DNA of 64,000 bases, from contig CAVUZH010000003.1 in assembly GCA_963745835.1 (NCBI GenBank), positions 640,001 through 704,000 of the forward strand. Direction: 5' to 3'. The notes under the pieces are model-generated. The model was not told the DNA's origin and did not search any database. It saw only the letters and a program-made list of their open reading frames with translations. Source of the stretch: an uncultured delta proteobacterium. GTDB taxonomy: Bacteria > Desulfobacterota > Binatia > UBA9968. The position numbers and the translations under genes are program-made. Shown one piece after another: positions 19,323 through 29,812 of this stretch (position 1 is its first letter; each line of letters begins with the position of its first letter).

Positions 19323-20081
19323 TTAGGAGAACCTCGGTTTATGAACAATCTGTTCGGCTCGAAAAAAGTCTGAGATATAAGCGCTGGCGGGAGTGCGAAA
19401 CAGATTCTCAGCGGTATCAACTTGTTCGAACCTACCGTTTCTCATGACCGCGATCCGATCCGCCAACGCGATGCCGTCGGCTACATTATGCGTCACATAA
19501 ATCGTTGTCAGCCTGTTTTCCTGATGGAACTTCAAGATTTCGCCGCGCATTCGCAGCCGGTTGGGAGGATCGATGTTGCTCAACGGTTCGTCCATGAGAA
19601 GAATCTGCGGCGCCGTTGCCATAGCCCGTCCTACGGCAACCCGCTGCTGCTGTCCGCCGGACAGCTCCATCGGCTTGCGCCTGAAAAAACTTTCTTCGAT
19701 GCCGACCCGCCGAGCCAGGGGACGGAGCAGCTCGCCGATTTTCTCATGGGACCATTTACGCACTTTCAGTGGCAGCGACAAATTGCTGTACCGGCTTTCA
19801 TCAAAGACTCTCATGTGCGGCCACAGGGCGAAATTCTGAAAGATCATCTGCACGTTGCGTTTGCCGACAGGGATGTCATTGACGGGCATTCCGCCGATGA
19901 AGATTGTGCCGGCATCAGGTGCTTCAAGGCCGGCGATAAGTCTAAGGGTCGTGGTCTTACCGCAGCCGCTCTCGCCGACGACTACAAGAAACTCACCGCT
20001 ATGGACGTCGAGGTTGGCATGGTCAACCGCTAGGACCCGGCCGAACTTCTTGGTGAGGCCGTGTAGTGATAGAGAAACCAC
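19323..20081 (-). CDS. ABC transporter ATP-binding protein (MalK/PotA-like, no TOBE domain)
   Basis: GESGCGKTT, FQNFALWPHM, LSGGQQQRVA, LMDEPLSN, YVTH. Confidence 0.88.
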   Translation of the reverse strand: MVSLSLHGLTKKFGRVLAVDHANLDVHSGEFLVVVGESGCGKTTTLRLIAGLEAPDAGTIFIGGMPVNDIPVGKRNVQMIFQNFALWPHMRVFDESRYSNLSLPLKVRKWSHEKIGELLRPLARRVGIEESFFRRKPMELSGGQQQRVAVGRAMATAPQILLMDEPLSNIDPPNRLRMRGEILKFHQENRLTTIYVTHNVADGIALADRIAVMRNGRFEQVDTAENLFRTPASAYISDFFRAEQIVHKPRFS

Positions 20082-20204
20082 AGGGTCTTCATGCTAGTAA
20101 ACGCCGTCGAAAAAAACAATGACAAACCTGGTGGCGGCGTCCCGGCAACTTGTTTATGATGCGTCCAATCGAAAGGGGATTTCTATTCTGGAAGGAGATT
20201 TCTT

Positions 20205-20957
20205 ATGCCCGGAATGCATTCACCTGAAGAGCTGATCGCGGATCTTCAGAATACGCTACAGCAGCGCCATCCAAAACCCCACCCGATTCGCCAGCTGCTC
20301 CTGAGCGGGCGGCTGACCAGGGAGCAGCTCCAGTGGTGGGCCAAAAATCAGTTTCATGAGTTTCGCAACATTCATCGCTTTTTCGGCATTCGTTATCACA
20401 AGTGTCCGGTTCCGGAGTTACGGCGCTTGTTATTGGAAAACATGGTGGAAGAAGAAGGAGAAGATTTGTTCGGCGGCAAATATCCTAGTCATCGCGAGCT
20501 CTGGGTGCAATTTGCCGGCGGATTGGGCATTCCGGCCGATGAAATATTGAATTACGAGCCTTTGCCGGCAATTCGCGCTGCTCTGGAGATGTATGTTTCT
20601 CTGGTGCAGCAGAGTCATTGGGCCGTAGCGATCGGAACGGGACTTGTCTTCGAGGGAGGCGGGCCTAAGCGCATGAAAGAGGAGCGTGAAGCGATAGAGA
20701 AATACTATCCCTGGATTCCGACGAGCACTTTGGATTTCTTCCGTGCTCACGAGTATCACGATGAAGGTCATGGCGACATGGTGACCAAGGTGATCAAGCA
20801 ACACTGTATGGAGGAGAGGCTGCAAGCTGAAATGCGCGAAGCCGTCAAGCAGAGGGCCGACATCATGTGGTTGCAGAATGATAGCATCTACAACGCCTTT
20901 GTCCGGCCGTCGCTGGCGCCGCAAACGATTCAAGAGATCGAAGGACCCTTGCGATAG
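20205..20957 (+). CDS. heme-oxygenase-like di-metal protein (TenA/PqqC/CADD superfamily)
   Basis: HP....L.SG.L..EQL..W, LLEN..EE.G, SH.ELW, FE, FF..H...D..H ligand pattern. Confidence 0.8.
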   Translation: MPGMHSPEELIADLQNTLQQRHPKPHPIRQLLLSGRLTREQLQWWAKNQFHEFRNIHRFFGIRYHKCPVPELRRLLLENMVEEEGEDLFGGKYPSHRELWVQFAGGLGIPADEILNYEPLPAIRAALEMYVSLVQQSHWAVAIGTGLVFEGGGPKRMKEEREAIEKYYPWIPTSTLDFFRAHEYHDEGHGDMVTKVIKQHCMEERLQAEMREAVKQRADIMWLQNDSIYNAFVRPSLAPQTIQEIEGPLR

Positions 20958-21004
20958 CGCGAAGTTGAGCTCGACGAAAACCACTTAACGGTCGAAGGTT
21001 TTGC

Positions 21005-22058
21005 ATGGCTGTTAATATTAGAATGATTGACTTGCGGAGCGATACGGTAACTAAACCGTCAGCGGCAATGCGCCGTGCGATGGCCGAGGCGGAAGTCGGC
21101 GATGACGTGTTCATGGAAGATCCGAGTGTCAATCGTTTGCAGCAGCGGGCCGCGGAAATTTTTGGACGAGAAGCGGGATTGTTAGTTCCATCAGGCTCGA
21201 TGGGTAACCTGGTCTGTATCATGGCACAAACTCAGCCTGGGCAAGAAGTGATCTGCGAAGCGGCCGGGCATATCTACAATTACGAAATGGCCGCCATGGC
21301 CGCCATTGCCGGCGTTCTCCCTCGGGTGGTCAACGCCAGCAACGGGATTATGACTTGGGAACAGATATCTCAGGCGATTAGACCGAAGGCTTATTTTCGT
21401 CCGCAAACCGGCCTAGTGTCTCTGGAGAATACCCACAACATGGCCGGGGGTACGGTTTATCCGACTCGTTTGGCGCATGCAATCTGCGATCATGCTCATG
21501 AGGCGGGGCTAAGAGTCCATCTCGACGGCGCGCGAGTCTTCAACGCGGCGGTTCACATTGGTCAGAGTGTCGCAGAAATTACCAAGAAATTCGATTCCGT
21601 TCAGTTTTGTTTGAGCAAGGGATTGGGTGCTCCGGTGGGATCGATGATTGTCGGTTCACGCGAATTCATCGAACGCTGCCGTTCGATCCGCAAAATGCTC
21701 GGCGGCGGCATGCGCCAGGCCGGCGTTATCGCTGCAGCAGGTTTGATTGCGTTGGAGGACGGACCAAAGCGTCTCTACATCGATCACGAAAACGCCAAAG
21801 ATACTGGCGCAGGGACTCGCCGCGATTCCGGGCATACGCGTTGATCCGAGCTATGTTCAGACCAATATCGTGATTTACGATGTGCGGGAAACCAAGCTAA
21901 GCTCCGCCGAGTTTCTCGAAAGGATCGGTCGGCGCCAAGTTCTCGGAGTGCCGGTTGACGCAGAGCGGATTCGAATGGTGACCCATTTGGACGTAGATCG
22001 ATCCGATGTCGAGGCGGCAGTGGGTATCATTGCCGAAGCCTTACGTTGCCGCAACTAA
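21005..22058 (+). CDS. ltaE: low-specificity L-threonine aldolase (split by +1 indel at ~21797-21799)
   Basis: IDLRSDTVT, GDDV..EDP, LENTHN, HLDGAR.FNA, CLSKGLGAPVGS, GGGMRQAG; C-terminus (QTNIV...IRMVTHLD) continues in another frame. Confidence 0.88.
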
Positions 22059-22258
22059 AGTTTCCCTCGGGCAGTAATTCTCGACATTTGGCGCTCAACG
22101 TTCTATGTGCTCCTGGTGATCAGTCAGTCGCCAAACGCACAAGCCGCCCGACACCGCGCTCAAAGATCACAATCGCATGATCCTCAATCACTCGTAAATA
22201 TCAGAAGCCCGCGTAAGCTAATTGAACTCCGTTGCAGGAAAAACCCACCGTTGAAGGA

Positions 22259-23176
22259 TTAGAACGCGAGCCCGAGAAGCTTTGCCGCCGTCCCGCCGAG
22301 GATTTTTTGTTTGTCGGCATCTGAAATCCGCAGGTTCTGCACTGTATCAACGGCTCTCTTGAGGGGAAGCGGTACAGGCGGAGAATCGCTACCGAAAACG
22401 ACGTGGTCGATGCCCATGGTATCGATTGCGCATTGGACTGCCGCCGGGTGGTAGGAGACGGTGTCTACATAAAGTTGCCCGATATAACTTGCCGGCGGCC
22501 GGGTCATGACATCCGGTTCCCACGGACCGAAGCTCATGTCTTTGCGCAACTCATAGCCGACACCATAACGGCCCGGCAGCATCGGTAGAGCTCCGCCAAC
22601 ATGGGCGCAGATCATCTTCAGCTTCGGGAAGCGTTCGAAGCCTCCGGTGAAGATGAATCGTGTGAGAGCAAGCGTAGTGTCGAAAGGTCTACCGAGCATC
22701 TCCGGAAGGCGGAAAATTTCCATTTTTTCATTGCCGATGGTGAACTTCGGTGGATGCACAAAAAGCGGAACTTCAAGCTCGCTGGCCAATTCAAAAAACG
22801 GCGCCGCGCGCGGCGAATCGAGGTACTCGCCGTTCACGCTCGTGTTGATCATGATCCCTCTGAGTTTGTAGTCGCGGATCGCTTTTTCGGTTTCCTTCAG
22901 GATTTTGCCGCTATCAAATGGCACCGAACAGGCCAGACCGAGCAGCCGTTTTGGGTATTTCGCCGTCAACTCGGCGGCATGCTCGTTGAATTCTTGCACC
23001 ACGCGGAGCGGATCGGCGCCGTCGGGTGAGCGAATCCAATTGTTCCCGAAAACTGTGATATCGACCCCAGCTTCATCCTGCTCTCTGAAAAGAGCGTCGA
23101 GATCGAAAACCGTTTTGGGGGACTTGGGATCAAACCAACTTTGAGGCATCAGATGCGCATGACAATCAATGATCAT
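22259..23176 (-). CDS. amidohydrolase-2 family protein (ACMSD/decarboxylase-like)
   Basis: IDCHAH, LFVHP, AHVGG.LP, YVDT, FGSD.P, ILGG.A.KL. Confidence 0.88.
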   Translation of the reverse strand: MIIDCHAHLMPQSWFDPKSPKTVFDLDALFREQDEAGVDITVFGNNWIRSPDGADPLRVVQEFNEHAAELTAKYPKRLLGLACSVPFDSGKILKETEKAIRDYKLRGIMINTSVNGEYLDSPRAAPFFELASELEVPLFVHPPKFTIGNEKMEIFRLPEMLGRPFDTTLALTRFIFTGGFERFPKLKMICAHVGGALPMLPGRYGVGYELRKDMSFGPWEPDVMTRPPASYIGQLYVDTVSYHPAAVQCAIDTMGIDHVVFGSDSPPVPLPLKRAVDTVQNLRISDADKQKILGGTAAKLLGLAF

Positions 23177-23266
23177 AACGAGTTGACCCTTCCTGAGTAA
23201 AATTCAAACAGTCGCTATCAAATTTTTTGAGAACAGCGCGACATAGTTAATGGGAACAGTGACAGA

Positions 23267-23584
23267 TCACGGCGAAGTAAGCTTCAGGCCGATTATGCCT
23301 GCAACAATCACTGTAATGCACGCCAGGCGCGCCGGAGCAGCGGATTCACCGAACAGAATGATTCCCAAAATAGCTGTCCCGGCGGCACCGATCCCGGTCC
23401 AAATGGCGTATCCAGTTCCGACAGGAATTACCTTCAGGGCCTGGGCGAGAAAGTAGAAACTGGCAACCATTCCAGCGACGGTGAACAGATTGGGCCAAAG
23501 CCTACTAAACCCTTCGGTATATTTAAGGCTAATAGCCCAAAGAACTTCCAGAATTCCAGCTATCGCCAGATTGATCCAAGCCAT
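23267..23584 (-). CDS. sugE: SMR-family exporter SugE/Gdx
   Basis: [39 protein letters not shown]. Confidence 0.88.
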   Translation of the reverse strand: MAWINLAIAGILEVLWAISLKYTEGFSRLWPNLFTVAGMVASFYFLAQALKVIPVGTGYAIWTGIGAAGTAILGIILFGESAAPARLACITVIVAGIIGLKLTSP

Positions 23585-23951
23585 CGTTAGCCTAGCCTAC
23601 TTACCTAGCAGAAAAACCACGCGTTCAAGATCGATCATAATCTATGGTAAATTCGCGAGACACACAACTTTTGATTCACCCTTTTGTAATTAGCGTGAAA
23701 TGATCAGAGGATCTTATTGTCGATGGTTCCATTCGCCCACTAGTCGCCTGACATTTCGCCATGCTGCGCAAATCGACTGCGGCCCAGGATTGAGCTGAAG
23801 CTGAGTAGCCGGCTGAATGCGACGATCTCGGCCGTTGTCACCCTCCAGCGAAATATGTAGATCGCTAGCAGGAACTTCGAAGAGGAATCGATCTATGTTT
23901 TAACTCCATCAGACCACCACGGGTCTAAATAGAGTTAGCGTTCCCAAAACA

Positions 23952-23982
23952 AAAATGGGCTTGTCGTAGACAAGCCCATTTT
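23952..23982. terminator. perfect hairpin with A/T tails (bidirectional terminator-like)
   Basis: AAAATGGGCTTGTC-GTA-GACAAGCCCATTTT, 14-bp stem. Confidence 0.65.
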
Positions 23983-24141
23983 GCTTCTGAAGCTCTCGCC
24001 TTGTCTTCTGCCTAAGAACGTGGCTTCATTCTAGTGGATGTTTAAGTGGTCCGCTGGCCTCCGGCGGCGTTCTCGGTAATTTTCGCAACCGTCAACTATG
24101 TTAATGCGGGTTATTTGGATTATCGAAAGGAGCGGGCGAGC

Positions 24142-24690
24142 ATGATCGTATTGAGCCCCGAGGGAAAAGCACAGAGTTCGGGAATGCAAATGGCTGCATT
24201 GCCCCAATTTCTGGATCTCCACGGCAAGATTGTTGGCTTGTTGGATAATAGTAAACCGAATGCCGACAAATTACAGGAACGTCTGGCTGAATTGCTGAAG
24301 GAGCGCGTCGGCGTTGCAGGTGTTGTTGCTCGCCGCAAGATTACCGCGCAGCAAGGCGCACCCAAGCAATATCTTGATGAGCTGGCGGCTCAGGCGGATT
24401 TCGTCCTCAGCGGTCTGGGAGATTGAGGCTCCTGCACGTCGTGGAGTGTCCACGACTCAATCGAACTTCAGAAGCGCGGCAGATTTGCTGTCACCGTGAT
24501 CACTCATGCCTTTGAAGCATTAGCCAAGTCTGAAAGAGAAGCATTCGGGTCGCCAGATCATCCGGTGCTTATCGTTCGTCATCCGATAGGCACGATCAAG
24601 TTAGAGGAAGTTAATAGACAGGCTGAGACGGTGATCGATAAACTAATTGAGATCTTGATCGAGCCCGAGCGGAAGGTGAACGTTGCCTGA
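24142..24690 (+). CDS. UGSC-motif selenoprotein (thioredoxin-like fold), Sec at codon 95
   Basis: ORFs 24046..24426 and 24496..24690 are in the same frame, joined across TGA 24424-24426 as ...SGLGD-U-GSCTSWSVHDSIELQKRG...; N-terminal LDNSKPNAD; RBS AAGGAG; SECIS hairpin downstream. Confidence 0.88.
24421..24462 (+). promoter_or_regulatory. bacterial SECIS element
   Basis: Upper stem GTCGTGGA-[GTG]-TCCACGAC (24438-24456), G-starting loop 19 nt after UGA; lower stem GATTGA/TCAATC includes the UGA. Confidence 0.8.
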
Positions 24691-24773
24691 TCACATCATT
24701 TTAGAATTTTCCATTGAGTTTTTTGGCGCGACCATCCGGAGATATCCCGGACATTGGAATTGGGAGTAACCTC

Positions 24774-25826
24774 ATGAATCCTAGCGCGCTGCAGTCCGAA
24801 AGATTCGAAGTCGACGACGAACTCTGGGCGGCGCAAACTTACTTCGAGGAAAAGGGCTGGACCGATGGTTTGCCGATTGTACCGCCGACGGAAGAGCGCG
24901 TCTTGCAAATGCTTGCTGCGACGCAACGAGATCCTCAGGAGGTGATCGGCGTTGTTCCACCAAGGTGGGCGCCAGCGACGGTTGAGAAGATTGCGATCAA
25001 CGCAGTGATGGCAGGGTGCAAGCCCGAATATATGACGCTTTTGATCGCGGCCGTGGAAGCACTCACCGACCCCAAGTTGAATCTGTATGCTTTGCAAGCC
25101 ACCACAGGCGGGCCTGCGGTGATGATTATCGTTAACGGTCCGATCCGCAATCGACTTAAGATCAACGGCGGTTCGAATGCATTAGGCGAAGGATGGCGCG
25201 CCAATGCCACTATCGGACGCTGTGTGCGTCTGATCCAGCGCAATATCGGCGGTTCGTATCCGGGCACTACTTGCAAGGCAACCCTGGGCTGGCCGGGTAA
25301 ATATTCGATGTGCATTGGCGAAAACGAAGAGGCAAGCCCATGGGCGCCGCTCCACGTCGAGCGCGGTTTCAAAGCCGACCAAAGCACGGTAACGGCAATC
25401 AGCGCCGATGCTTCGGTGCGCGCCTCGGATCTGGACAGCACCAGAGCGGAAGGCGTGTTGATTAATTTCGCCCAAAAAATGAATGGCCCTTCGGGGCCCG
25501 AAGCGATTATGGTTATCTGCCCGGAGCATGCCAAGATCATCGCCGATGACGGTTTTAGCAAGAAAGACGTACAGAACTTCATCTGGCAGCGGGCGGCGTA
25601 CAGAATGAAAGAATTGCCCGAGGAGACTTTCTATCAACGTGTCAAACGCAGGCCTGACTTAAACCTCACGCGCGACAGCGTGATCCCCGTGACGGATAAG
25701 CCGGAAGACATCCTCGTTATCGTTGCTGGCGGCGACGGCTCGCAATCGCAATATATACACGTCTGGGGACAGAGCACCCCCGAAGGCGGCTCTACACGAT
25801 CTGTCACAAAGGTTGTTCAGAGTTAG
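24774..25826 (+). CDS. uncharacterised GWTDGLP-motif protein (usual partner of UGSC proteins)
   Basis: GWTDGLPIVPPT.ERV..ML, ATVEKIAINAVMAGC.PEY, NGP, RANATIGR, ENEE.SPW.PLHVERGF. Confidence 0.75.
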   Translation: MNPSALQSERFEVDDELWAAQTYFEEKGWTDGLPIVPPTEERVLQMLAATQRDPQEVIGVVPPRWAPATVEKIAINAVMAGCKPEYMTLLIAAVEALTDPKLNLYALQATTGGPAVMIIVNGPIRNRLKINGGSNALGEGWRANATIGRCVRLIQRNIGGSYPGTTCKATLGWPGKYSMCIGENEEASPWAPLHVERGFKADQSTVTAISADASVRASDLDSTRAEGVLINFAQKMNGPSGPEAIMVICPEHAKIIADDGFSKKDVQNFIWQRAAYRMKELPEETFYQRVKRRPDLNLTRDSVIPVTDKPEDILVIVAGGDGSQSQYIHVWGQSTPEGGSTRSVTKVVQS

Positions 25827-26414
25827 GTAAAGGCGCAATCGAATAATCCACGAGTTGATCGCGAGAGCAAACAAGGCCGTCCAGGCTCCTGACGGGAGCG
25901 ATCGATTGCGGTAGTTCTTTATTATTTCTCCAGTTTACTTAGGCCGAAACTATTCATCAGGCATAAACGGCCCGCGCCGTCCCTGATCGCTACATACGCT
26001 TTGTGTGCGGATTTGCGTATACACAAGACGAGCATCAAGGAAGCAGTTTGCGACCTTCCAAGCGCGTTTGTACGCCACTACGTGCCTAACTCGTTAAACT
26101 ACTGATCTGCTCACTGCGCCGAAGAAAAGCAAATCGGCGGCGCAATAACTTGAAAGCCCCGACACACCCCATCCCGGGCCAGGTGGCCCAGTCTTGATTC
26201 GTATCTCCCTCCGCGATATGTAACTGCCGCCGCTTACGCCGAGAGCACACATGAAGATAAGCACCGTCAGAACTCATCCCGCCATCAAAGGGACACGGCA
26301 TTCTCATTGTCTTTCGATGATGGAGGCTAGACTTGTGTGCGCAGCGCCCGGTAGAGAACGCCTCGCATCTTATACCTTGCGCCGTAGACAATCAGCACCA
26401 TTGGAGATTTCAAC

Positions 26415-27278
26415 ATGGCCCCACCGAAGCTCAATTTCGCCCTCAGCTGCCAAGATCTACGGGAATTTCAAGGGTCCGGGATCGCCGGTCCATTCCGACT
26501 GCTCGCAGATCATGAAGTTGAAGCAGTTCTCAGAAAACTGAGTATAGCTAAGGCAAAATTATTCTTTTGGCACAGGATATTATCCCGTAGCTTGTTCCTG
26601 ACAAAGTTTTTTAGAGACGCAAGATGGGGTAAAGCGACGTGGCTTAAGGGTATGCACCTGGTATCCCCAACAGCCTACGCCCTGTCTACGAACGAAGCAA
26701 TTCTCGATAAAATTCAATCCATCCTTGGCCCGAATCTCGTTCAGTGGGGCACATTGTTCATCAGCCAGAAGCCGGGAATACTACACCAATGGCACGTCGA
26801 TGCCGACTGCCTGGAATGTGAAGGCATAACCGTCTGGCTTGCTCTCGATAATCTCAATGACATGACTGCAATGAAGGTAATTAGCGGATCGCACCGCCTA
26901 CCAGTTCATCCGGCGCAACTTAGCAGTTCCTGTGGGCTGAATACCAGCGATGATGATGCAGTAGTGAAAGCAGCACGAGAACTCGATGCCACTTGCGAAC
27001 TAAGGACATTGAAAGTAAAACCGGGCGAGTTTTATATATTCTTTGGTCGGGTGTGGCACTCGATCCGAAACCGCTCCCAACAGCCACGCAGTGCCATCAC
27101 GTTTCAGTACTCCCCTACGAGAGCGAAGGTAAAAATGCCTGCAGCGGAGTACGAGTTTCCTTTTGTATGGGACTCTCGACCGGTCCCATGTTGTCTGGTG
27201 CGCGGAATTGACGAGTACGGACTGAACCTCCTGGTCAAGCCCCCGATGGCTGCAGAGCGGCCGGCGCGAGCAGAGTAA
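26415..27278 (+). CDS. PhyH-family Fe(II)/2-oxoglutarate dioxygenase
   Basis: WHVD (HxD), VWLALD, GSH, WHS..N.S..PR; RBS GGAG. Confidence 0.8.
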   Translation: MAPPKLNFALSCQDLREFQGSGIAGPFRLLADHEVEAVLRKLSIAKAKLFFWHRILSRSLFLTKFFRDARWGKATWLKGMHLVSPTAYALSTNEAILDKIQSILGPNLVQWGTLFISQKPGILHQWHVDADCLECEGITVWLALDNLNDMTAMKVISGSHRLPVHPAQLSSSCGLNTSDDDAVVKAARELDATCELRTLKVKPGEFYIFFGRVWHSIRNRSQQPRSAITFQYSPTRAKVKMPAAEYEFPFVWDSRPVPCCLVRGIDEYGLNLLVKPPMAAERPARAE

Positions 27279-27602
27279 AGGCTGGATTGTGGCTGTTCAA
27301 TCCGCAGGCATAGTGATCTGTTGTTAGGACCTTGACCAGCTACGATGCTCCAGGTTCGATTTGAGACAAATCCAATCACGATGTACATGACGGGACGGTG
27401 CGCTTAACAGTGAAGTGATCGACGATTGCAGTTTCAGAAGTCACTGGGGTCCAGATAGAGCGTAACTTGCACTAACATTTTACCGGCTATTAACGGGAGG
27501 CGCGTGTTCATGAAATTATGGTAGCTTCTCCGGGATACAATTTCTGTCGGATTCTCAACATTGAAAAGTTCTGTACCAGATGCTCCCGATAACCCGCTAC
27601 CA

Positions 27603-28624
27603 TCACTTGTACGCGACACCGGCACTTGCAGGTCCTGCCAACGGAATCACCTCGGTTCTGCTGAAGCCCGCCTCCGACACCAACCGAAGAAATCGGCGGC
27701 CGTAAAATCAAAGGCATCACCGAACTCGATCAACATATTTAGCGACATAAGTAGCCCGAAAGCGTTTTCGCGTCGCGCATCATCGATCAGGTTCTCGATT
27801 ACGACGAAAGCGCCCCCCGCAGGCAAGGCTTCGTAAGCTGCGCCGACAAGTTGCATTTTCTTCTCTAGATTCCAGTCGTGGAGGATCATGCCCATCGTAA
27901 TCACATCCGCTTTCGGCAGCGGCTCCGCGAAAAAATCAAGAGACGTTGTCGAGACGCGATCCGCAAGGCCCGCTGCCGAAATCTTTCGCTCCGCAATCCG
28001 GGTGGCCGCCGGAAGGTCGGCCGAAATGCATCGAAGGTGAGGATGTTTTTTGGCCACGAGCATTGACAACTGCCCGGTCGCGCCGCCGATATCACAGAGC
28101 GTGTGGTAACGGGAGAAATCAAATTTGTCGGCGAACGCCTGAAAATTGGCCGCGGAGATTCCACTCATCGCATCCATAAATTGTTCGAGCCGTTCTGGCC
28201 TGCTGTAGAGCTCCGCGAACATGGACGCGCCGGTGTGCTTGATTTCATTTTGCGGCTTGCCGGTCCGCAGGCCTTCGGTGAGATCACCCCAGAATCGGTA
28301 GAGGCGAGAATTGGCCATTTCCAGAAAACCGCCCATGAACTGCGGGCTGCGCCGGTCGAGGAACAACGCCGTTTCTTCGCTATTACGATAGCGCGCCTCC
28401 GGTCCATCGCCATCCCGCTGCAAAAAACGCAGTGCCACCAAGGTATCGAAGAGATCGGGGTTGGCTCTCGGGTGCAACTGAAGAGCAACCTGCAGCTCGC
28501 GCCCGGTCATGGAAGTTCCCCCGAGCTCTGTAAAAACCCCCAACTCTATGGCGGAAAGCAGGACCTTGGCCGGCCAGAAACCCAGGCCAACCTCCATGAT
28601 TCTGGCTGGCGATAAAATTTCCAT
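27603..28624 (-). CDS. O-methyltransferase (methyltransf_2 with dimerisation domain); frameshift near C-terminus
   Basis: SAIELGVF, DIGGATG, DFF.EPLP.AD, ILHDW. The expected tail EAGFSRTEVIPLAGPASAGVAYK* is in another frame after a missing base at ~27674. Confidence 0.85.
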
Positions 28625-28762
28625 AGCTGATGCTCCTTTCTCAACGATCACGGTCAGCAGCTTCTCGCCAGCAATGGTCTGGGCTTCGAAAATCGAGTGC
28701 CGTTTGATCGTTAAGAAAGATCCCGTAACTTGTCTTTCCCGTCGATGCAAGTCCCTCGGCAG

Positions 28763-29785
28763 TTACATGCCGGATTTCGTATCTCTGACGAGGACGGGGA
28801 TGGAGCACTGCGTTACGCCGTAGATGGGAACGTTACAGTCGGTGATTCTTCCAGATATGCTCATCGGCGGTGAAAAATTCGGCTGGCCCGGTGCGTTTAC
28901 GTTGGTGATGCACAATCTGGCCAGCGATTCCATGGGCCGGCATCGGTTCAGATTACCACCAATCGGAAGATCGGGAATAACGGGTATCAAGAAACAATCC
29001 TCCGGATCTTTTGGCGGGTCAGTGAATGGAGCCTTGGTCGGACCAAAGGCCTTGATGATTTCCTGTAGAACAGGGGTGTCTTGCCCATTGTTGATATTGA
29101 TACAGCTGCCAATCCCAACGGGAGGGATTGCTCCACAACTGGCTGACACCATATCTCTCATCGTATTCACGTTTGCCGAGCTTTGAGTGAAGCTCGTGAA
29201 TGCGGAATTGTCGCTTGTACTCGGGGTTTGGCTCCATGATGCGGTAAAGTTACCGACCGTACAGCCGACTATCGTAAACGGTAATTCCGGTCTCTTCTGA
29301 AGGACCGCAGTTGCCGTGACATTCAGGTTGGCTGTGGCAGGAGACGAGTATCCCATGAGGTTCAAGAGAGGTGTTAGAAAAAGCGGTGAAGCTATCGAGC
29401 TCTTCGTGTTACCCGTATAAGGATTGGTTCCGGCCGCTTCCAATCCGACTCGCACCCCATTAGCTGTGCCGTAGGATGCGGCGAGTTCGATCGAAGATCC
29501 GTTGTAGAAAATAGGAGTGATATTGGTCGCGCCCAGACTGCTGCCTGTTTGGCCGGTATAATCATTGGTCGCATTGTAGGCGGCGACTCGCGACTCGACT
29601 TCTGCTTGGCCGGATATCAGCCCGGACACGGCAGATAGGGCGGCCGCATCCACTGCGGGTTGCGCCTGGCTTCTAACGTAGCTCAGCATCCCCGTATCCA
29701 ATCCCATGCCGACCATAATTAGTAGCAGGGTTATCGCCAGCGTTACAAAAACCAAGACCGAGCCGTGGTTGTTCAAGCGAGTCAT
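28763..29785 (-). CDS. TadG-like Flp pilus assembly protein / pseudopilin
   Basis: G-SVLVFV..hydrophobic..GLD.G, Q.AVDAAAL.A; Cys-rich C-terminal domain. Confidence 0.75.
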   Translation of the reverse strand: MTRLNNHGSVLVFVTLAITLLLIMVGMGLDTGMLSYVRSQAQPAVDAAALSAVSGLISGQAEVESRVAAYNATNDYTGQTGSSLGATNITPIFYNGSSIELAASYGTANGVRVGLEAAGTNPYTGNTKSSIASPLFLTPLLNLMGYSSPATANLNVTATAVLQKRPELPFTIVGCTVGNFTASWSQTPSTSDNSAFTSFTQSSANVNTMRDMVSASCGAIPPVGIGSCININNGQDTPVLQEIIKAFGPTKAPFTDPPKDPEDCFLIPVIPDLPIGGNLNRCRPMESLARLCITNVNAPGQPNFSPPMSISGRITDCNVPIYGVTQCSIPVLVRDTKSGM

Positions 29786-29812
29786 CTTAGCTCCTTTTAA
29801 AAACGCCGGACA

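Noticed and set aside
21790-21805. Programmed ribosomal frameshifting in ltaE and the other split genes
   Set aside because: No canonical slippery heptamer with a stimulator, mixed shift directions, and families not known for recoding; error is more parsimonious.
23585-23760. Guanidine riboswitch upstream of sugE/gdx
   Set aside because: Expected from the gene family, but I found no twin ACGR-loop hairpins or class I/III consensus on the minus strand.
26115-26165. Glycine riboswitch-like words (CGCCGAAG..AGCAA..GAAAGC)
   Set aside because: No upstream GGAGA or downstream CUCAGG elements and no supporting P1 stem; an Infernal scan would settle it.
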